Of a stretch of DNA of 64,000 nt, positions 40,244 through 51,436 are shown piece by piece. Each line of letters opens with the position of its first letter. Position 1 is the first letter of the stretch. A program made the position numbers and the translations under genes. Where the stretch lies: positions 12,979 to 76,978 of the forward strand of contig CAVOOL010000022.1 of NCBI GenBank assembly GCA_963697545.1, written 5' to 3'. The stretch is from an uncultured Bacteroidota bacterium (GTDB lineage Bacteria; Bacteroidota; Bacteroidia; Chitinophagales; Chitinophagaceae). The notes below the pieces were generated by a model, which was not told the DNA's origin, made no database searches, and saw only the letters and a program-made list of their open reading frames with translations.

Positions 40244-41770
40244 ATGCAGGATATATTGAAACAATTAGGCATAACAGCTAAAAACACGGGAACCTCTACC
40301 GGGGCTGAATGGATTGAAAGCAAAGGAAAACTGATTACCTCCTACTCTCCTGTTGATGGAAAAAAAATTGCAGATATAGTTTGTGCCGATGCCGAATCAT
40401 ACGAGCAGGCGATTACGGCTGCACAGAAAGCATTTTTGGACTGGCGCCTGTGGCCTTCGCCTAAACGTGGTGAAATGGTGCGGCAGGTAGCCGAAGCCCT
40501 GAGGGAAAACAAAGAAGCATTGGGCAAACTGGTTTCTTATGAAATGGGTAAAAGCTTGCAGGAAGGTTATGGCGAAGTGCAGGAAATGATCGACATCTGC
40601 GATTTTGCGGTGGGCTTATCACGCCAGCTTCATGGGCTTACCATGCACAGCGAACGTCCCGGTCACAGAATGTACGAGCAATGGCATCCGCTGGGGATTG
40701 TAGGCATTATTTCTGCTTTTAATTTCCCGGTTGCTGTGTGGAGCTGGAATGCTATGCTGGCCTGGGTTTGCGGCGATGTGTGTATCTGGAAACCATCGGA
40801 AAAAACACCACTATGTGGTATTGCCTGCCAAAATATAATTGCGGAAGTGTTCAGGAAAAATAATGTGCCGGAAGGCGTGTGCAATTTGGTTATTGGCGAA
40901 AGAGAGTTGGGAGAAAAAATTGCCAATGATAACAGGATTCCCCTGGTGTCGGCAACCGGTTCTACACGCATGGGCAAGGCCGTTGGCGCTGCCGTTGGCG
41001 CAAGACTGGGAAGATCGTTGTTGGAACTGGGCGGTAACAATGCGATTATTATTTCAAAAGATGCCGACCTTGACATGTCGTTGATCGGTTGTGTATTTGG
41101 TGCGGTTGGTACCGCAGGACAGCGTTGTACCACTACACGTCGCCTGATCATTCATGAAGAAGTGTATGACCGGTTTAAAGAAAAGCTGGTGAATGCATAT
41201 AAGCAATTACGTATCGGTGATCCGCTGGATGAAAAAAACCATGTGGGACCGTTGATTGATAAAGGAGCTGTTGAAATGTATTTACAGGCTATAGAAAAAT
41301 GCAAACAGGAAGGCGGCAATTTTGTGGTGGAAGGCGGTGCCTTGGCGGGTGATGGTTATGAAAGCGGCTGTTATGTAAAACCTTGTATAGCAGAAGCGCA
41401 ACCACATTTTCAAATTGTGCAGCACGAAACCTTTGCTCCTATTTTATATTTATTAAAGTATAAAACATTGGAAGAAGCCATTGCAATTCAAAATGGCGTA
41501 CCACAGGGCTTGTCTTCTTCTATAATGACACTAAACCTTCGCGAAGCGGAACAATTCCTTTCGGTAGCGGGCAGTGATTGTGGCATTGCAAACGTAAATA
41601 TTGGAACCTCCGGCGCAGAGATCGGCGGGGCATTTGGCGGCGAAAAGGAAACCGGCGGCGGAAGAGAAAGCGGCAGCGATGCCTGGAGAATTTACATGCG
41701 CAGGCAAACCAATACCATCAATTACAGCACAAGTTTGCCGTTGGCACAGGGAATTAAGTTTGACTTATAG
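40244..41770 (+). CDS. Aldehyde dehydrogenase, ALDH7/piperideine-6-carboxylate dehydrogenase type
   Basis: ISAFNFP, WKPSEKT, LELGGNNA, GQRCT, ETFAP and FGGEKETGGGRESG motifs. Confidence 0.92.
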   Translation: MQDILKQLGITAKNTGTSTGAEWIESKGKLITSYSPVDGKKIADIVCADAESYEQAITAAQKAFLDWRLWPSPKRGEMVRQVAEALRENKEALGKLVSYEMGKSLQEGYGEVQEMIDICDFAVGLSRQLHGLTMHSERPGHRMYEQWHPLGIVGIISAFNFPVAVWSWNAMLAWVCGDVCIWKPSEKTPLCGIACQNIIAEVFRKNNVPEGVCNLVIGERELGEKIANDNRIPLVSATGSTRMGKAVGAAVGARLGRSLLELGGNNAIIISKDADLDMSLIGCVFGAVGTAGQRCTTTRRLIIHEEVYDRFKEKLVNAYKQLRIGDPLDEKNHVGPLIDKGAVEMYLQAIEKCKQEGGNFVVEGGALAGDGYESGCYVKPCIAEAQPHFQIVQHETFAPILYLLKYKTLEEAIAIQNGVPQGLSSSIMTLNLREAEQFLSVAGSDCGIANVNIGTSGAEIGGAFGGEKETGGGRESGSDAWRIYMRRQTNTINYSTSLPLAQGIKFDL

Positions 41771-41809
41771 AGAAATCTCTATATTTTGTGTCCATACACT
41801 AATTGTCCT

Positions 41810-43285
41810 ATGAGAAAGTTTAGTCTGTATTTGGTTGCACTGTTTTTGTGTATGGCTGCAAAAGCGCAGTTTACAGTGGCTGTTGTTGGCGGCCCGCAGT
41901 TCACTTCGGTAACTCCGGCTTTTATGTTGCATCCTGACACGGTTTCTAAAAATTCAATGACACGGTCGGGTATAAACATTGGTTTCATAGCCCAGATTCC
42001 ATTGGATCAAAAACAATCTCTTTTCTTCAGGACTGGTGTGATGTACTCAGAAAAAGGGTCAAAGGTTGTGCAGGGTTTTGATACAAGCAAGGTTGATATT
42101 GTAGCAAAACAAAGCCTGCTCCAGGCAACAAGCGATTTAAGCGTAAACTATATTGATGCGCCATTTAACCTGGTTTATAAACTGCCGATAAAAGGAAAAA
42201 CAAAGTTTATTATTGGTGCTGGCCTGCAGGCTTCTTTATTTTATAACGGCAAAACGAATTTTAGTACTGTAAAAGTTAAGAAGGTCCACCGTGATTCTGC
42301 GGTCAAATATGAATACAAAGAAACAATTGATGAAGACTTGCTTGTTGGCAAAGGTGAAGCCAGGTATAAAACGGTGCACCTCTCAGCCAATGCCCTGGCT
42401 GGTTTCGAGTTTGGAAGAGTGTTTCTCACGGCCAACTACAGTAATGCCCTGACCAGTTTTTATATGGCCAATGGCCAGTCGTTTAAATTCAAAACCATAG
42501 GCGCCCATCTTGGTATTTTCCTGGGCAACCGCCACGTAAAAAAAGAAACTGTGAAAACGGTGATACAGGATACGGATGGCGATGGAATACCCGATGAACA
42601 AGATGCTTGTCCTACATTGGCCGGAACTGCATTAACAAAAGGTTGTCCGGACAGAGACGGCGATGGCATTGCCGATAAAGATGATGAGTGCCCCGATGTG
42701 GCCGGCCTCCTGCAATACAAGGGATGTCCTGTTATAGATACAGATGGCGATGGCATAATCGACCGGGAAGACAAATGCCCATTTGTAGCCGGCTCAAAAA
42801 AATATCAGGGTTGCCCCATCCCCGATACAGACAATGACGGCGTAAACGACGAGGAAGACCAGTGTCCTGAAGTTGCCGGAACTAAGGAAAATAATGGATG
42901 TCCCCAGATCACAAAAGAAGAGGAAGAAAAAATTACAAAAGAAGAGGAAGAAAAAGTAGCGCAGGTCGCAAAGCAAATACAATTTGAATTTGGCAAGGCA
43001 GAGTTATCGCCTTCATCACATGCCGTGCTGGATGAAGTAGTGGATGTTTTAAAAAACAACCCGACATCCAAGATCACAATTGAAGGACACACCTCGGGTG
43101 CCAATAGCGAGTCGAATATGAAACTGTCGCAAAAACGGGCTGAAAGCGTTAAGAGGTATTTTGTCTCCAAAGGAATTGTTGCGGATCGGATAACCGCAAT
43201 AGGCTATGGATCAACAAGGCCATTAAACCCTGACAGCCAAAAAGAAAATCAGGAAGACCGCCGGGTGGAATTAATTATATTGTAA
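41810..43285 (+). CDS. OmpA family protein with beta-barrel, TSP3 repeats and peptidoglycan-binding domain
   Basis: Four DxDxDG..D..D.CP repeats; IEGHT, LSQKRA..V and RRVE motifs. Confidence 0.92.
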   Translation: MRKFSLYLVALFLCMAAKAQFTVAVVGGPQFTSVTPAFMLHPDTVSKNSMTRSGINIGFIAQIPLDQKQSLFFRTGVMYSEKGSKVVQGFDTSKVDIVAKQSLLQATSDLSVNYIDAPFNLVYKLPIKGKTKFIIGAGLQASLFYNGKTNFSTVKVKKVHRDSAVKYEYKETIDEDLLVGKGEARYKTVHLSANALAGFEFGRVFLTANYSNALTSFYMANGQSFKFKTIGAHLGIFLGNRHVKKETVKTVIQDTDGDGIPDEQDACPTLAGTALTKGCPDRDGDGIADKDDECPDVAGLLQYKGCPVIDTDGDGIIDREDKCPFVAGSKKYQGCPIPDTDNDGVNDEEDQCPEVAGTKENNGCPQITKEEEEKITKEEEEKVAQVAKQIQFEFGKAELSPSSHAVLDEVVDVLKNNPTSKITIEGHTSGANSESNMKLSQKRAESVKRYFVSKGIVADRITAIGYGSTRPLNPDSQKENQEDRRVELIIL

Positions 43286-43505
43286 ACGAAAAAACAGATC
43301 GGACTTCTTTATGATCACCGATTTTCTTTACGATTTATTGATCAAACCGGCTTTTCCCGTTGATATGCATATTCTTTTACTCATCGGTGCTTAAAATGTT
43401 GAAATCTTAACAAATTCCGGCAAACCACTTGTCATGTTTTTAACAACTTACTTTAAGTGGTTTCTTATTTTTACAAATACTCCAATTTTTACTAAATAAT
43501 ATCAA

Positions 43506-45176
43506 ATGATTAAAACGATTAAGCGTTCCGTACTGATGACCCTGGTTATGGCCATTTGCTTGACCTCCTTTGGCCAATCGTCTAAAAAATCAGCTTCCAA
43601 TGGCTGGCACCTGAAAGACAAGGAAAAAGACGGGTATTATGGAATTAGTATGGATAAGGCTTACCAACTCGTTAAAAACAAAAAAAGCCAAACAGTTATA
43701 GTGGCCGTTATTGATTCAGGCATTGACACTACACATGAAGACCTGAAACCTATACTTTGGACGAACCCCAAAGAAATTCCGGGCAATGGTATTGATGATG
43801 ACGGCAACGGATATGTAGATGATGTACATGGCTGGAACTTTTTAGGTGGTCGCGATGGACAAAATGTAGAGAAAGACTCTTATGAAGCCGCACGTCTTTA
43901 CCACATGTATAAAGACCGTTTTGAAACGATCACAGATTCTTCTTCCCTGAATAAAGAAGACCGGGAATTGTATGAAACCTGGTTGAGGGCAAAAAAAGAT
44001 GTAACCAAGGGGGTAGATCAGAATGAACTTTTCTTTATTAAAAGACTGTTTCCTGCCTTAAAAAAAGGGGACTCAGCCATCAGGAAAGAGTTGGGTAAAG
44101 AAGAGTATGACGGTAACGACCTTAAAAATTACAAGCCCACTGATAAAGACGCCACCGTAACCCGCAATGTGATACTGAACATTTGCGAAGGCAATAACAA
44201 CAATTTTGAAATTACCAATAAGGAAATACTGGATGGTATTGAAAGCGATATTCAAAAAGCCGAAGCGGTAGATACGGCTCCAAAGGATTATCGTGGCGAA
44301 ATTGTAAAAGACAATCCCGACGACATCAATGACAAGTTTTATGGTAATAATGATATTATGACGAGTACAGCTATGCACGGCACACACGTTTCGGGGATTA
44401 TTGGCGCTGTTCGTAATAATGGAAAAGGTATAGATGGTATTGCCGATAACGTTCGTATTATGATGATCCGTGCGGTTCCGGATGGCGATGAGCATGATAA
44501 GGATATAGCCCTGGCTATCCGCTATGCTGTTGACAATGGCGCAAAAGTGATCAACATGAGCTTTGGAAAATATTATTCTCCGCAAAAACAGTGGGTTGAC
44601 GATGCTGTAAAATATGCTGAAAGCAAAGGTGTACTGTTGGTAGCAGCTGCCGGTAACGAAGCTTACCTGGTAGATACCATGCCGCATTATCCGTCTCCGA
44701 TCTTGCTGGATCATAAAAAAGTTTCCAACTGGATTATGGTTGGCGCAAGCGGCGATCCTACCAATGGCGGGCTGGTAGCTTCCTTCTCTAATTTTGGGAA
44801 AAAAGAAGTGGATGTTTTCGCTCCTGGTGTAAATATTTATTCAACCGTTCCCGGAGGTAACACCTATAGAAATTTATCCGGAACCAGTATGGCCTCTCCT
44901 GTTACAGCGGGTGTAGCAGCTTTTATCATGAGCTACTATCCTACTCTTACGGCGCAGCAGGTAAAAGAGGTAATCGAGAAAAGTGCTGTAGCGCCTTCTA
45001 TTAAGGCCACTGAACCAAACTCCGATAAAGAAGTTCCTTTATCGGAACTCAGTAAGACCGGCGGAGTAATCAATGCCTATGAGGCCGCTAAGTTAGCCGC
45101 TGCTATGACAGGCCAGGGGGAGACGACGCAACCGGTAAAAACAAAAATTAAAGTAAAGAAAGCCAAAAGAGCATAA
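43506..45176 (+). CDS. S8 (subtilisin-like) serine peptidase
   Basis: Catalytic triad VIDSG, HGTHVSG and GTSMASP; signal peptide. Confidence 0.95.
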   Translation: MIKTIKRSVLMTLVMAICLTSFGQSSKKSASNGWHLKDKEKDGYYGISMDKAYQLVKNKKSQTVIVAVIDSGIDTTHEDLKPILWTNPKEIPGNGIDDDGNGYVDDVHGWNFLGGRDGQNVEKDSYEAARLYHMYKDRFETITDSSSLNKEDRELYETWLRAKKDVTKGVDQNELFFIKRLFPALKKGDSAIRKELGKEEYDGNDLKNYKPTDKDATVTRNVILNICEGNNNNFEITNKEILDGIESDIQKAEAVDTAPKDYRGEIVKDNPDDINDKFYGNNDIMTSTAMHGTHVSGIIGAVRNNGKGIDGIADNVRIMMIRAVPDGDEHDKDIALAIRYAVDNGAKVINMSFGKYYSPQKQWVDDAVKYAESKGVLLVAAAGNEAYLVDTMPHYPSPILLDHKKVSNWIMVGASGDPTNGGLVASFSNFGKKEVDVFAPGVNIYSTVPGGNTYRNLSGTSMASPVTAGVAAFIMSYYPTLTAQQVKEVIEKSAVAPSIKATEPNSDKEVPLSELSKTGGVINAYEAAKLAAAMTGQGETTQPVKTKIKVKKAKRA

Positions 45177-45195
45177 GATAATCTTGATAAATTTG

Positions 45196-45224
45196 ATCCC
45201 GGCAGTATTGCCGGGATTTTTTTT
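45196..45224 (+). terminator. Intrinsic terminator
   Basis: ATCCCGGCA stem followed by a T tract. Confidence 0.8.
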
Positions 45225-45241
45225 ACCTCAAAATAACTGTT

Positions 45242-45772
45242 ATGGCAAATGTTGATCTTTCAAGAGTATATGAATATTACCACCGGTACATTAATCAGGT
45301 TACCGAAGATGATTTGACAAAAGCTTTTCAAAAACATCAAACAGAGCTGGTCTCTACTTTAACAGCAATTCCGGATGAAAAATGGAATTACCGCTATGCA
45401 GAGGGGAAATGGTCCATCAAAGAACTTGTACAGCACGTTATTGACGGGGAAAGAATATTTTGCTACAGGGCTTTATGTTTTGCAAGAAAGGATAAAACGC
45501 CACTACCGGGCTTTGATGAAAACACCTATGCAGAGGCATCAAAAGCAGACAAAAGATCGAAAGAAGATCTTATAGAAGAACTGAAAACTGTTCAAAGGTC
45601 ATCAGCGCAAATGTTTGCTTCTTTTGATGAAGAACAACTGAACGAAGATGGCGTAGCCAACGGTAAGCCGGTATATGTAAAAGCACTTGGTTTCATTCTT
45701 ATTGGCCATGCCTTGCATCATAAAAATATACTTACGGAAAGATATCTAAAGGATAGCGCCATTGCTGTCTAG
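45242..45772 (+). CDS. DinB family protein
   Basis: RYAEGKWSIKELVQHVID.ER and GHALHH motifs. Confidence 0.88.
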   Translation: MANVDLSRVYEYYHRYINQVTEDDLTKAFQKHQTELVSTLTAIPDEKWNYRYAEGKWSIKELVQHVIDGERIFCYRALCFARKDKTPLPGFDENTYAEASKADKRSKEDLIEELKTVQRSSAQMFASFDEEQLNEDGVANGKPVYVKALGFILIGHALHHKNILTERYLKDSAIAV

Positions 45773-45790
45773 GAAATGATTGCCATAAAA

Positions 45791-45827
45791 TGAAAAGGGC
45801 ACTGCGTGATAACAGTGCCCTTTTTCA
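45791..45827 (+). terminator. Intrinsic terminator
   Basis: TGAAAAGGGCACTG...CAGTGCCCTTTTTCA. Confidence 0.8.
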
Positions 45828-45898
45828 TTTCCCATCCTTTTGAAGATTTGCCAGAATAACAGATCTATTGATGGCGAATGATACATTTTGATAAACTG

Positions 45899-45990
45899 AT
45901 ACCAAACGGCTATCGATATGGCAGATGGTAGATGATAGATGACAGAAGGGAAAGAGGCCGCTGCTTCTGTCTCACGTCTGCCGCCTCACG
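45899..45990 (-). repeat. Dispersed repeat copy 3 (core only, inverted)
   Basis: Reverse complement gives ACGTGAGAC...GGCCTCTTTCCCTTCTGTCATCTATCATCTACCATCT...ATAGCCGTTTGGTAT. Confidence 0.8.
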
Positions 45991-46038
45991 ATGTTGCCTT
46001 GCCAGCGATTTGATATGAGAAAGAGGCATCCGCATAAA

Positions 46039-46065
46039 AAACCACCCGCTAGATGCGGGTGGTTT
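46039..46065 (-). terminator. Terminator after the C-terminal protease gene
   Basis: AAACCACCCGC-tagat-GCGGGTGGTTT. Confidence 0.8.
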
Positions 46066-46084
46066 ATATTTTTAATAGGCTTTT

Positions 46085-48260
46085 TTAGAAGGTCTTTACT
46101 GCTCCTTTTCCTTTTGCAATATTTTGCTGGTTCACAATATCGTTCACCACTTTTATAGCCTGGTCAACATATACATCTTTACTGATGTTACTCAGCCATT
46201 GTTTGTAACGTTCAGTTTTGTCCTTATCCTCAGATACATAGCGTTGTTCATCCTGCTTTAAGAAGGAAGCCTGCATGTTTGTATTCATTTTCACCAGCTT
46301 TTCAATATCCTTCACAGCATTACGGGTGATTTTTTGGTCTTTCTTATATTGGTCAATTTGCAAAGAATATACCTTATCATCCTGCTTGGCCAACAGATCC
46401 GTTTTTTCTTTGATCAGTTTAAATACGGAGTCGCTGGCAACTCTTGCTGTTACCTAAGTTCTTAATGGTTTGAAGATCATAACCCGGCTGCCAGGTCTTG
46501 TACTGCGCTTTTGCAATCTCATCATATGGCAGGGCATTGGTATTATCTCTTTCCCTCAATTTCAAATATTCATAATAATCCGGAATTATTACATCAGGCA
46601 CTACGCCTTTTAATTGCGTAGAGCCACCACTGATCCGGTAGAACTTCTGCAGGGTCAGTTTTAATGAACCTAAGTCTGAGTTCGTAGATAAAAAATTAGA
46701 GGAAGGATCCAGACCAATAGGGCGTTGTACGGTTCCTTTACCATAAGTGCTGGTGCTTCCAATGACCACACCGCGGCCATAATCCTGTATGGCGGCAGCA
46801 AAAATTTCAGAAGCCGAAGCACTGAATTCATTTACCATCACGGCCAACGGGCCATCATATAAAACACCGCCATCCTTATCACGCATTACCTGTGGCTGTC
46901 CTTCCCTGTCCTTCACCTGCACAATCGGGCCCTGGTCAATAAACAACCCGGCTATCTGTATCACATCGTAAAGCGAACCGCCGCCATTATTGCGCAGGTC
47001 AATGACGATTCCATCAACCTTTTCTTCTTTTAATTTCTTTACTTCGGCAGCCACATCCAGGGAACTGCGGTGGGGATCGTTAGGGTCATCAAAATTGGCA
47101 TAGAACTCCGGCAGGAAAATATAACCCACTTTTGAAGTGCCCTCGTTGATCACGGCACTTCTTACATAAGTTTCATCCTGTACAATCTTATCTCTTATCA
47201 GCGACACGTTTTTCAAGGTGCCGTCTTTTTTTCTTAATGTAAGATTTACTTCTGATCCCTTTTTGCCGCGAATGATCTTAACCGCATCGGTTACATCGAA
47301 ACCGGTTAGCTCCACAGGAGCTTCTTTGCCTTGCGCCACTTTTGCCACGATATCTCCCACTTCTATCTGTTCGGATTTTTGAGCCGGACCGCCAGGCAGC
47401 ACACTGGCAATTTTAATATTGCCTTCATCGTACGTTAACTGGGCGCCTATGCCGTAAAAAGAACCGCTGAGCTGCTCGTCAAAATATCTTTTATCTACCG
47501 GAGGAAAAAATTCGGTGTACGGATCCATCATAGAAGTTATGGTGTTTACATACACACTGAACTTTTCATCGTCGTTGAATTTTAAGCGATAGCGCTCAAA
47601 AATCCGGTCCATAGCAATTCTTACCTTGTCTCTTGCTTCTTTTTCCAGCTCCGCATCTGTTTTCACCACAAAGCCTTCCTTGCCTTTATTGCTTTCCCTG
47701 GCTTCCTGCAGGTCAACAAAACGTTGCAGGGTTAAATATTTTAAACGCTTACGCCAACCTTCACGCCTTTCGGCCTCGGACGAAGCAAATTTTGTTTTCT
47801 TGGGATCTGTAACAATGGTTTCGTTCACTGAAAAATCAAATGGTTTGGTCAGAAGGTCTTTGTAAAGAAGAGAAGCTTCCTCTGCCCTTTTATCAAAAAT
47901 CTTACCTGCTTCCAGGAAAAATTCCACCGGGGCGCCTTTGATCTCGTCATCAATTTTGGTAGAATATTTTTCCAGGGAAGCAATATCGCTTTGCAGGAAA
48001 ATATTCTTTTCCGGATCTAACTCTTCAAAGTATTTGGCATAAACTTTTTTTGAAAACTCGTCATTGATGTCTTTGGGGCTGTAATGGCCCTGTGCCAAAA
48101 TTTCACCAACGATCTGCAGAATTTTTTCATACTTGGAGGGGGGTAGGGATTTGTTAGTGGTTCCCATGGTATTGAATGCCAGAAAAATGCCAGCTATCAC
48201 CATTACCAGTACTATTGGAAGTCTTTTCATATCTAACATGTATTTAAGTGCCTTAGGCAT
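46085..48260 (-). CDS. prc: Carboxy-terminal processing protease (Prc/Tsp, S41), frameshift near 46455
   Basis: PDZ (GIGA), DLRNNGGGSL, SASASEI, TYGKGTVQ and STQLKGV motifs; C-terminal DVYVDQA. Confidence 0.9.
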
Positions 48261-48520
48261 GGTATCAAATTTAGCGTAAAAAAAATGCTTTGAAAATATT
48301 GTTTTCCCCTTTAACAAACGTTTTTGACAGACGGAAAGTTTTGTATGATAAGTGCATTATAATAGATTAAACATCTTTCAGCTTCCTGTTTTATCTGCCA
48401 TTAATTGTACCAATTTGTATTTTGGATGCGGATTTTTATAGCGTTCCAGAATTTGTTTGAAATTTTTGAAATAAGAAGAATATAAATTCAACTTCATTTC
48501 ATTATTTTTGCACCCCACAC

Positions 48521-48595
48521 GGTGATTGTAGCTCAGTTGGTTAGAGCACCAGATTGTGGTTCTGGGGGTCGTGGGTTCGAGCCCCATCAGTCACC
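48521..48595 (+). tRNA. tRNA-His(GUG)
   Basis: Cloverleaf with G-1, acceptor GTGATTG/CAGTCAC, D arm GCTC/GAGC, anticodon arm CCAGA-TTGTGGT-TCTGG and TTCGA loop; CCA not encoded; -7 box at 48503-48510. Confidence 0.97.
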
Positions 48596-48596
48596 C

Positions 48597-48623
48597 AAGC
48601 CTCCTTTCAAAGGAGGCTTTTTT
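48597..48623 (+). terminator. Terminator after the tRNA
   Basis: AAGCCTCCTTT-c-AAAGGAGGCTTTTTT. Confidence 0.85.
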
Positions 48624-48743
48624 ATTGGCTTCCGCTGAAAGGTATTTTTGACCACTTATCCTGTTTATTGTTAAATAAGGTTAACGAGCTATACTCGGCA
48701 ATGTCTCATACTTACCTTTGCATCCGCAAACAAATAAACGCAC

Positions 48744-51362
48744 ATGAGAAAATTAATAGGCTTAGTGATTTTAGGTTTTTTATCACTCCAGGCAGGGGCT
48801 CAATTTCCTTCGGGTCAAATGCGGGGCAATGGCCAGGCTCCTCCAACCGGACGGTTTTATGGTAAAGTGGTAGATGCGGCCAATAAGGGCATCGAAGCGG
48901 TCTCCGTTACTTTAGTTACTAACAAATTTGATTCGGCTACAAAAGCGCAAAAGGAAGTTATTGTAGCAGGAATGCTCACTACCAGTACGGGTGATTTTAG
49001 CCTGGAAAATGTTCCTCTTTTTGGAAAATATAAACTACGCCTGACAGGTATTGGATATACGCAGCAGGAAAAACAGGTTGGTTTTGAAATGCCTAACAGA
49101 AATGGTGCCGGCAATGATCCCTCCGCCATGCTGAGTGCTTTAGATAAAGACCTGGGAAATATTAAGCTGGAGATTGATGATAAAATTTTAAGCGGCGTGA
49201 CCGTTACGGCTTCAAAGCCTTTACTGCAAATGGGTATTGACCGCAAAATATTTAACGTAGATAAGAACATCACTTCTGCCGGCGGTTCGGCCGTGGATAT
49301 CATGAAAAATGTTCCTTCGGTGAATGTGGATATTGATGGAAACGTTACGCTGCGCAACAGTGCTCCGCAGATATTTGTGGACGGTCGTCCTACCAATTTA
49401 ACGCTGGAGCAAATTCCGGCCGATGCCATTGAAAGCGTGGAGATCATCACAAATCCTTCCGCAAAGTTTGATGCCTCCGGTGGTACAGCCGGTATTTTAA
49501 ATATTGTATTGAAGAAGAACAAGCGGGTAGGTTATAGTGGTAATCTTAGAGCGAATGTGGATTCACGTGGAAGAGTTGGCGGCGGCGGCGACATCAATAT
49601 TCGCCAGAACAAGATCAACTTTTTTGCCAGTGGCATGTATAACCAGCGCAAATCTCTGGGCAGCGGAACTACCAAAAGAGAGAACCTGGGTTATAAACCA
49701 AGTATTTCCGACCAATATGATAATTCCGAATTCAGCGGCGCTTTTGGTTTTGGAAGAGCCGGTTTCGATTATTTTATTGACAACAGGAATACCCTGACCG
49801 TAAGCGGAAGTTTTGCCAGAGGCGGGATGAATCCCGAAACAAGGAGTGATATCTTCACTGATGTGCAAAGCAATGGCAGCATTGATTCTTTGCAGGAAAG
49901 AACTTCACGTTCTAAGAACCGTTTCAGAAATATGGGTTCACAGGTAAGCTTTAAGCATAATTTTCCAAAAGCCGGACGTGAGTGGACGGCTGATATAACC
50001 TATAATAAAGGAAAAAATAACAATGAGGCTTTTATAGGATCCGACTTTTTTTCATTGCAATCGGGCAAGGCATTCGACCGTTCCTATAATCAACAGCAAA
50101 TAGGTTCTGGTAATAATGAAAATTTTATTTTCCAGACAGACTATTCCAACCCCATAAATGATAAATCAAAATTTGAGGTTGGCGCCAGGGCTTCTATACG
50201 TACCGTAAACAGTGGTACCAATTATTATATTGTAAATGCTAATGGCGGCAAAACTCCTTTGGCCGGCCAGGATGTTGTTTACGACAGCAAGGACAGGGTG
50301 TATGCAGCATACGCTACCTTTTCAAGCCGCATAAAGAATTTTGGATACCAGTTAGGTTTAAGGGCGGAAAGTTCAGATTATGAAGGCCTGCTGGTGAATA
50401 AAAACCAGAATTTTAATATTGAGTTCCCGATCAGTTTGTTCCCAAGCATGTTTTTAAGTCAAAAGCTGAACGAAACAAGCGAATTACAATTTAATTACAG
50501 CCGAAGGATTAACCGGCCGAACTTCTGGCAATTATTTCCTTTTACCGACATTTCTGATTCGATAAACGTAAGCCGTGGTAATCCTGGTTTGAATCCTGAG
50601 TTCACTAATTCATTGGAACTTTCGTATTCAAAATCATTTGAAAACAGGGACAATCTTCTGGCTTCTGTTTATTTCAAAAATACAAATGACCTCATCACCC
50701 GTTTTCAACAAAGGGAGTTTGTGCCGGCATTTGAGGACAGTGCCATTGTTACTTCTTACATAAATGCAAACCGCAGTTATGTAACAGGGCTGGAACTGAT
50801 CGGAAAAAATAAAATAACCAAATGGTGGGACCTGACAACGAATGCCAACCTGTTTACTTCAAAAATTGATTTAAACAACGAGCCTGACCCCGACCAGTTT
50901 GTAAGCTATTTTTTCAAGATCAATAACACCATTAAACTGCCTAAGAATTTTTCCCTGCAGGTGTCGGGTGATTACCAATCGAAGATCATTTCTTCTCCTG
51001 GTGGCCGTGGCGGTGGCGGCGGTGGTGGTATGTTTGGCGGCGGTGGCATGTTTGGTGGTGGTAATTCATCTGCCCAGGGCTATATCCGTCCCAACTATGG
51101 TGTGGACGCTGCCATCCGGTTTGAATTTTTGAAAGAAAAGAAAGCCTCCATTTCTTTAAATGTGAATGATATTTTCCGTACAAGAAAATATGATGCGTAT
51201 TCGGCTTCTTCCTTCTTTATTCAGAATTCAGTACGCAGAAGAGATGCCCAGGTGTTTCGCCTGAACTTTAACTGGCGCTTTGGAAAGTTTGATGCTAATT
51301 TATTCAAACGTAAAAACACAAAAGCGGAAAACCCTGTTGATATGGGCAATATGAACATGTAA
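48744..51362 (+). CDS. TonB-dependent receptor / outer-membrane beta-barrel protein
   Basis: N-terminal carboxypeptidase-like domain, plug (IESVEIITNPSAKFDA) and barrel ending FNWRFG. Confidence 0.9.
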   Translation: MRKLIGLVILGFLSLQAGAQFPSGQMRGNGQAPPTGRFYGKVVDAANKGIEAVSVTLVTNKFDSATKAQKEVIVAGMLTTSTGDFSLENVPLFGKYKLRLTGIGYTQQEKQVGFEMPNRNGAGNDPSAMLSALDKDLGNIKLEIDDKILSGVTVTASKPLLQMGIDRKIFNVDKNITSAGGSAVDIMKNVPSVNVDIDGNVTLRNSAPQIFVDGRPTNLTLEQIPADAIESVEIITNPSAKFDASGGTAGILNIVLKKNKRVGYSGNLRANVDSRGRVGGGGDINIRQNKINFFASGMYNQRKSLGSGTTKRENLGYKPSISDQYDNSEFSGAFGFGRAGFDYFIDNRNTLTVSGSFARGGMNPETRSDIFTDVQSNGSIDSLQERTSRSKNRFRNMGSQVSFKHNFPKAGREWTADITYNKGKNNNEAFIGSDFFSLQSGKAFDRSYNQQQIGSGNNENFIFQTDYSNPINDKSKFEVGARASIRTVNSGTNYYIVNANGGKTPLAGQDVVYDSKDRVYAAYATFSSRIKNFGYQLGLRAESSDYEGLLVNKNQNFNIEFPISLFPSMFLSQKLNETSELQFNYSRRINRPNFWQLFPFTDISDSINVSRGNPGLNPEFTNSLELSYSKSFENRDNLLASVYFKNTNDLITRFQQREFVPAFEDSAIVTSYINANRSYVTGLELIGKNKITKWWDLTTNANLFTSKIDLNNEPDPDQFVSYFFKINNTIKLPKNFSLQVSGDYQSKIISSPGGRGGGGGGGMFGGGGMFGGGNSSAQGYIRPNYGVDAAIRFEFLKEKKASISLNVNDIFRTRKYDAYSASSFFIQNSVRRRDAQVFRLNFNWRFGKFDANLFKRKNTKAENPVDMGNMNM

Positions 51363-51383
51363 GTTTCTTAATCATCTTTATAG

Positions 51384-51409
51384 AGCTCTCCTTTCGGGAG
51401 AGCTTTTTT
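51384..51409 (+). terminator. Intrinsic terminator
   Basis: AGCTCTCC-tttc-GGGAGAGCTTTTTT. Confidence 0.8.
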
Positions 51410-51436
51410 ATTTTATACTAATTACTTTTGAGAACC

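Noticed and set aside
42570-42900. Regularly spaced repeats resembling a CRISPR array
   Set aside because: In-frame TSP3 calcium-binding repeats of OmpA; degenerate at codon third positions and no cas genes
44073-44714. Long antisense ORFs (44073-44714, 48857-49522, 40663-41151, 33850-34284, 62651-63094)
   Set aside because: Fully opposite well-supported genes with no motifs; expected codon-bias shadows
48378-48865. ORFs 48378-48587 (-) and 48554-48865 (+)
   Set aside because: Shadows of tRNA-His and its terminator (MGLEPTT is the usual antisense-tRNA peptide)
48521-51362. Possible genomic island at tRNA-His
   Set aside because: No integrase, no duplicated tRNA 3' end seen and no obvious compositional break
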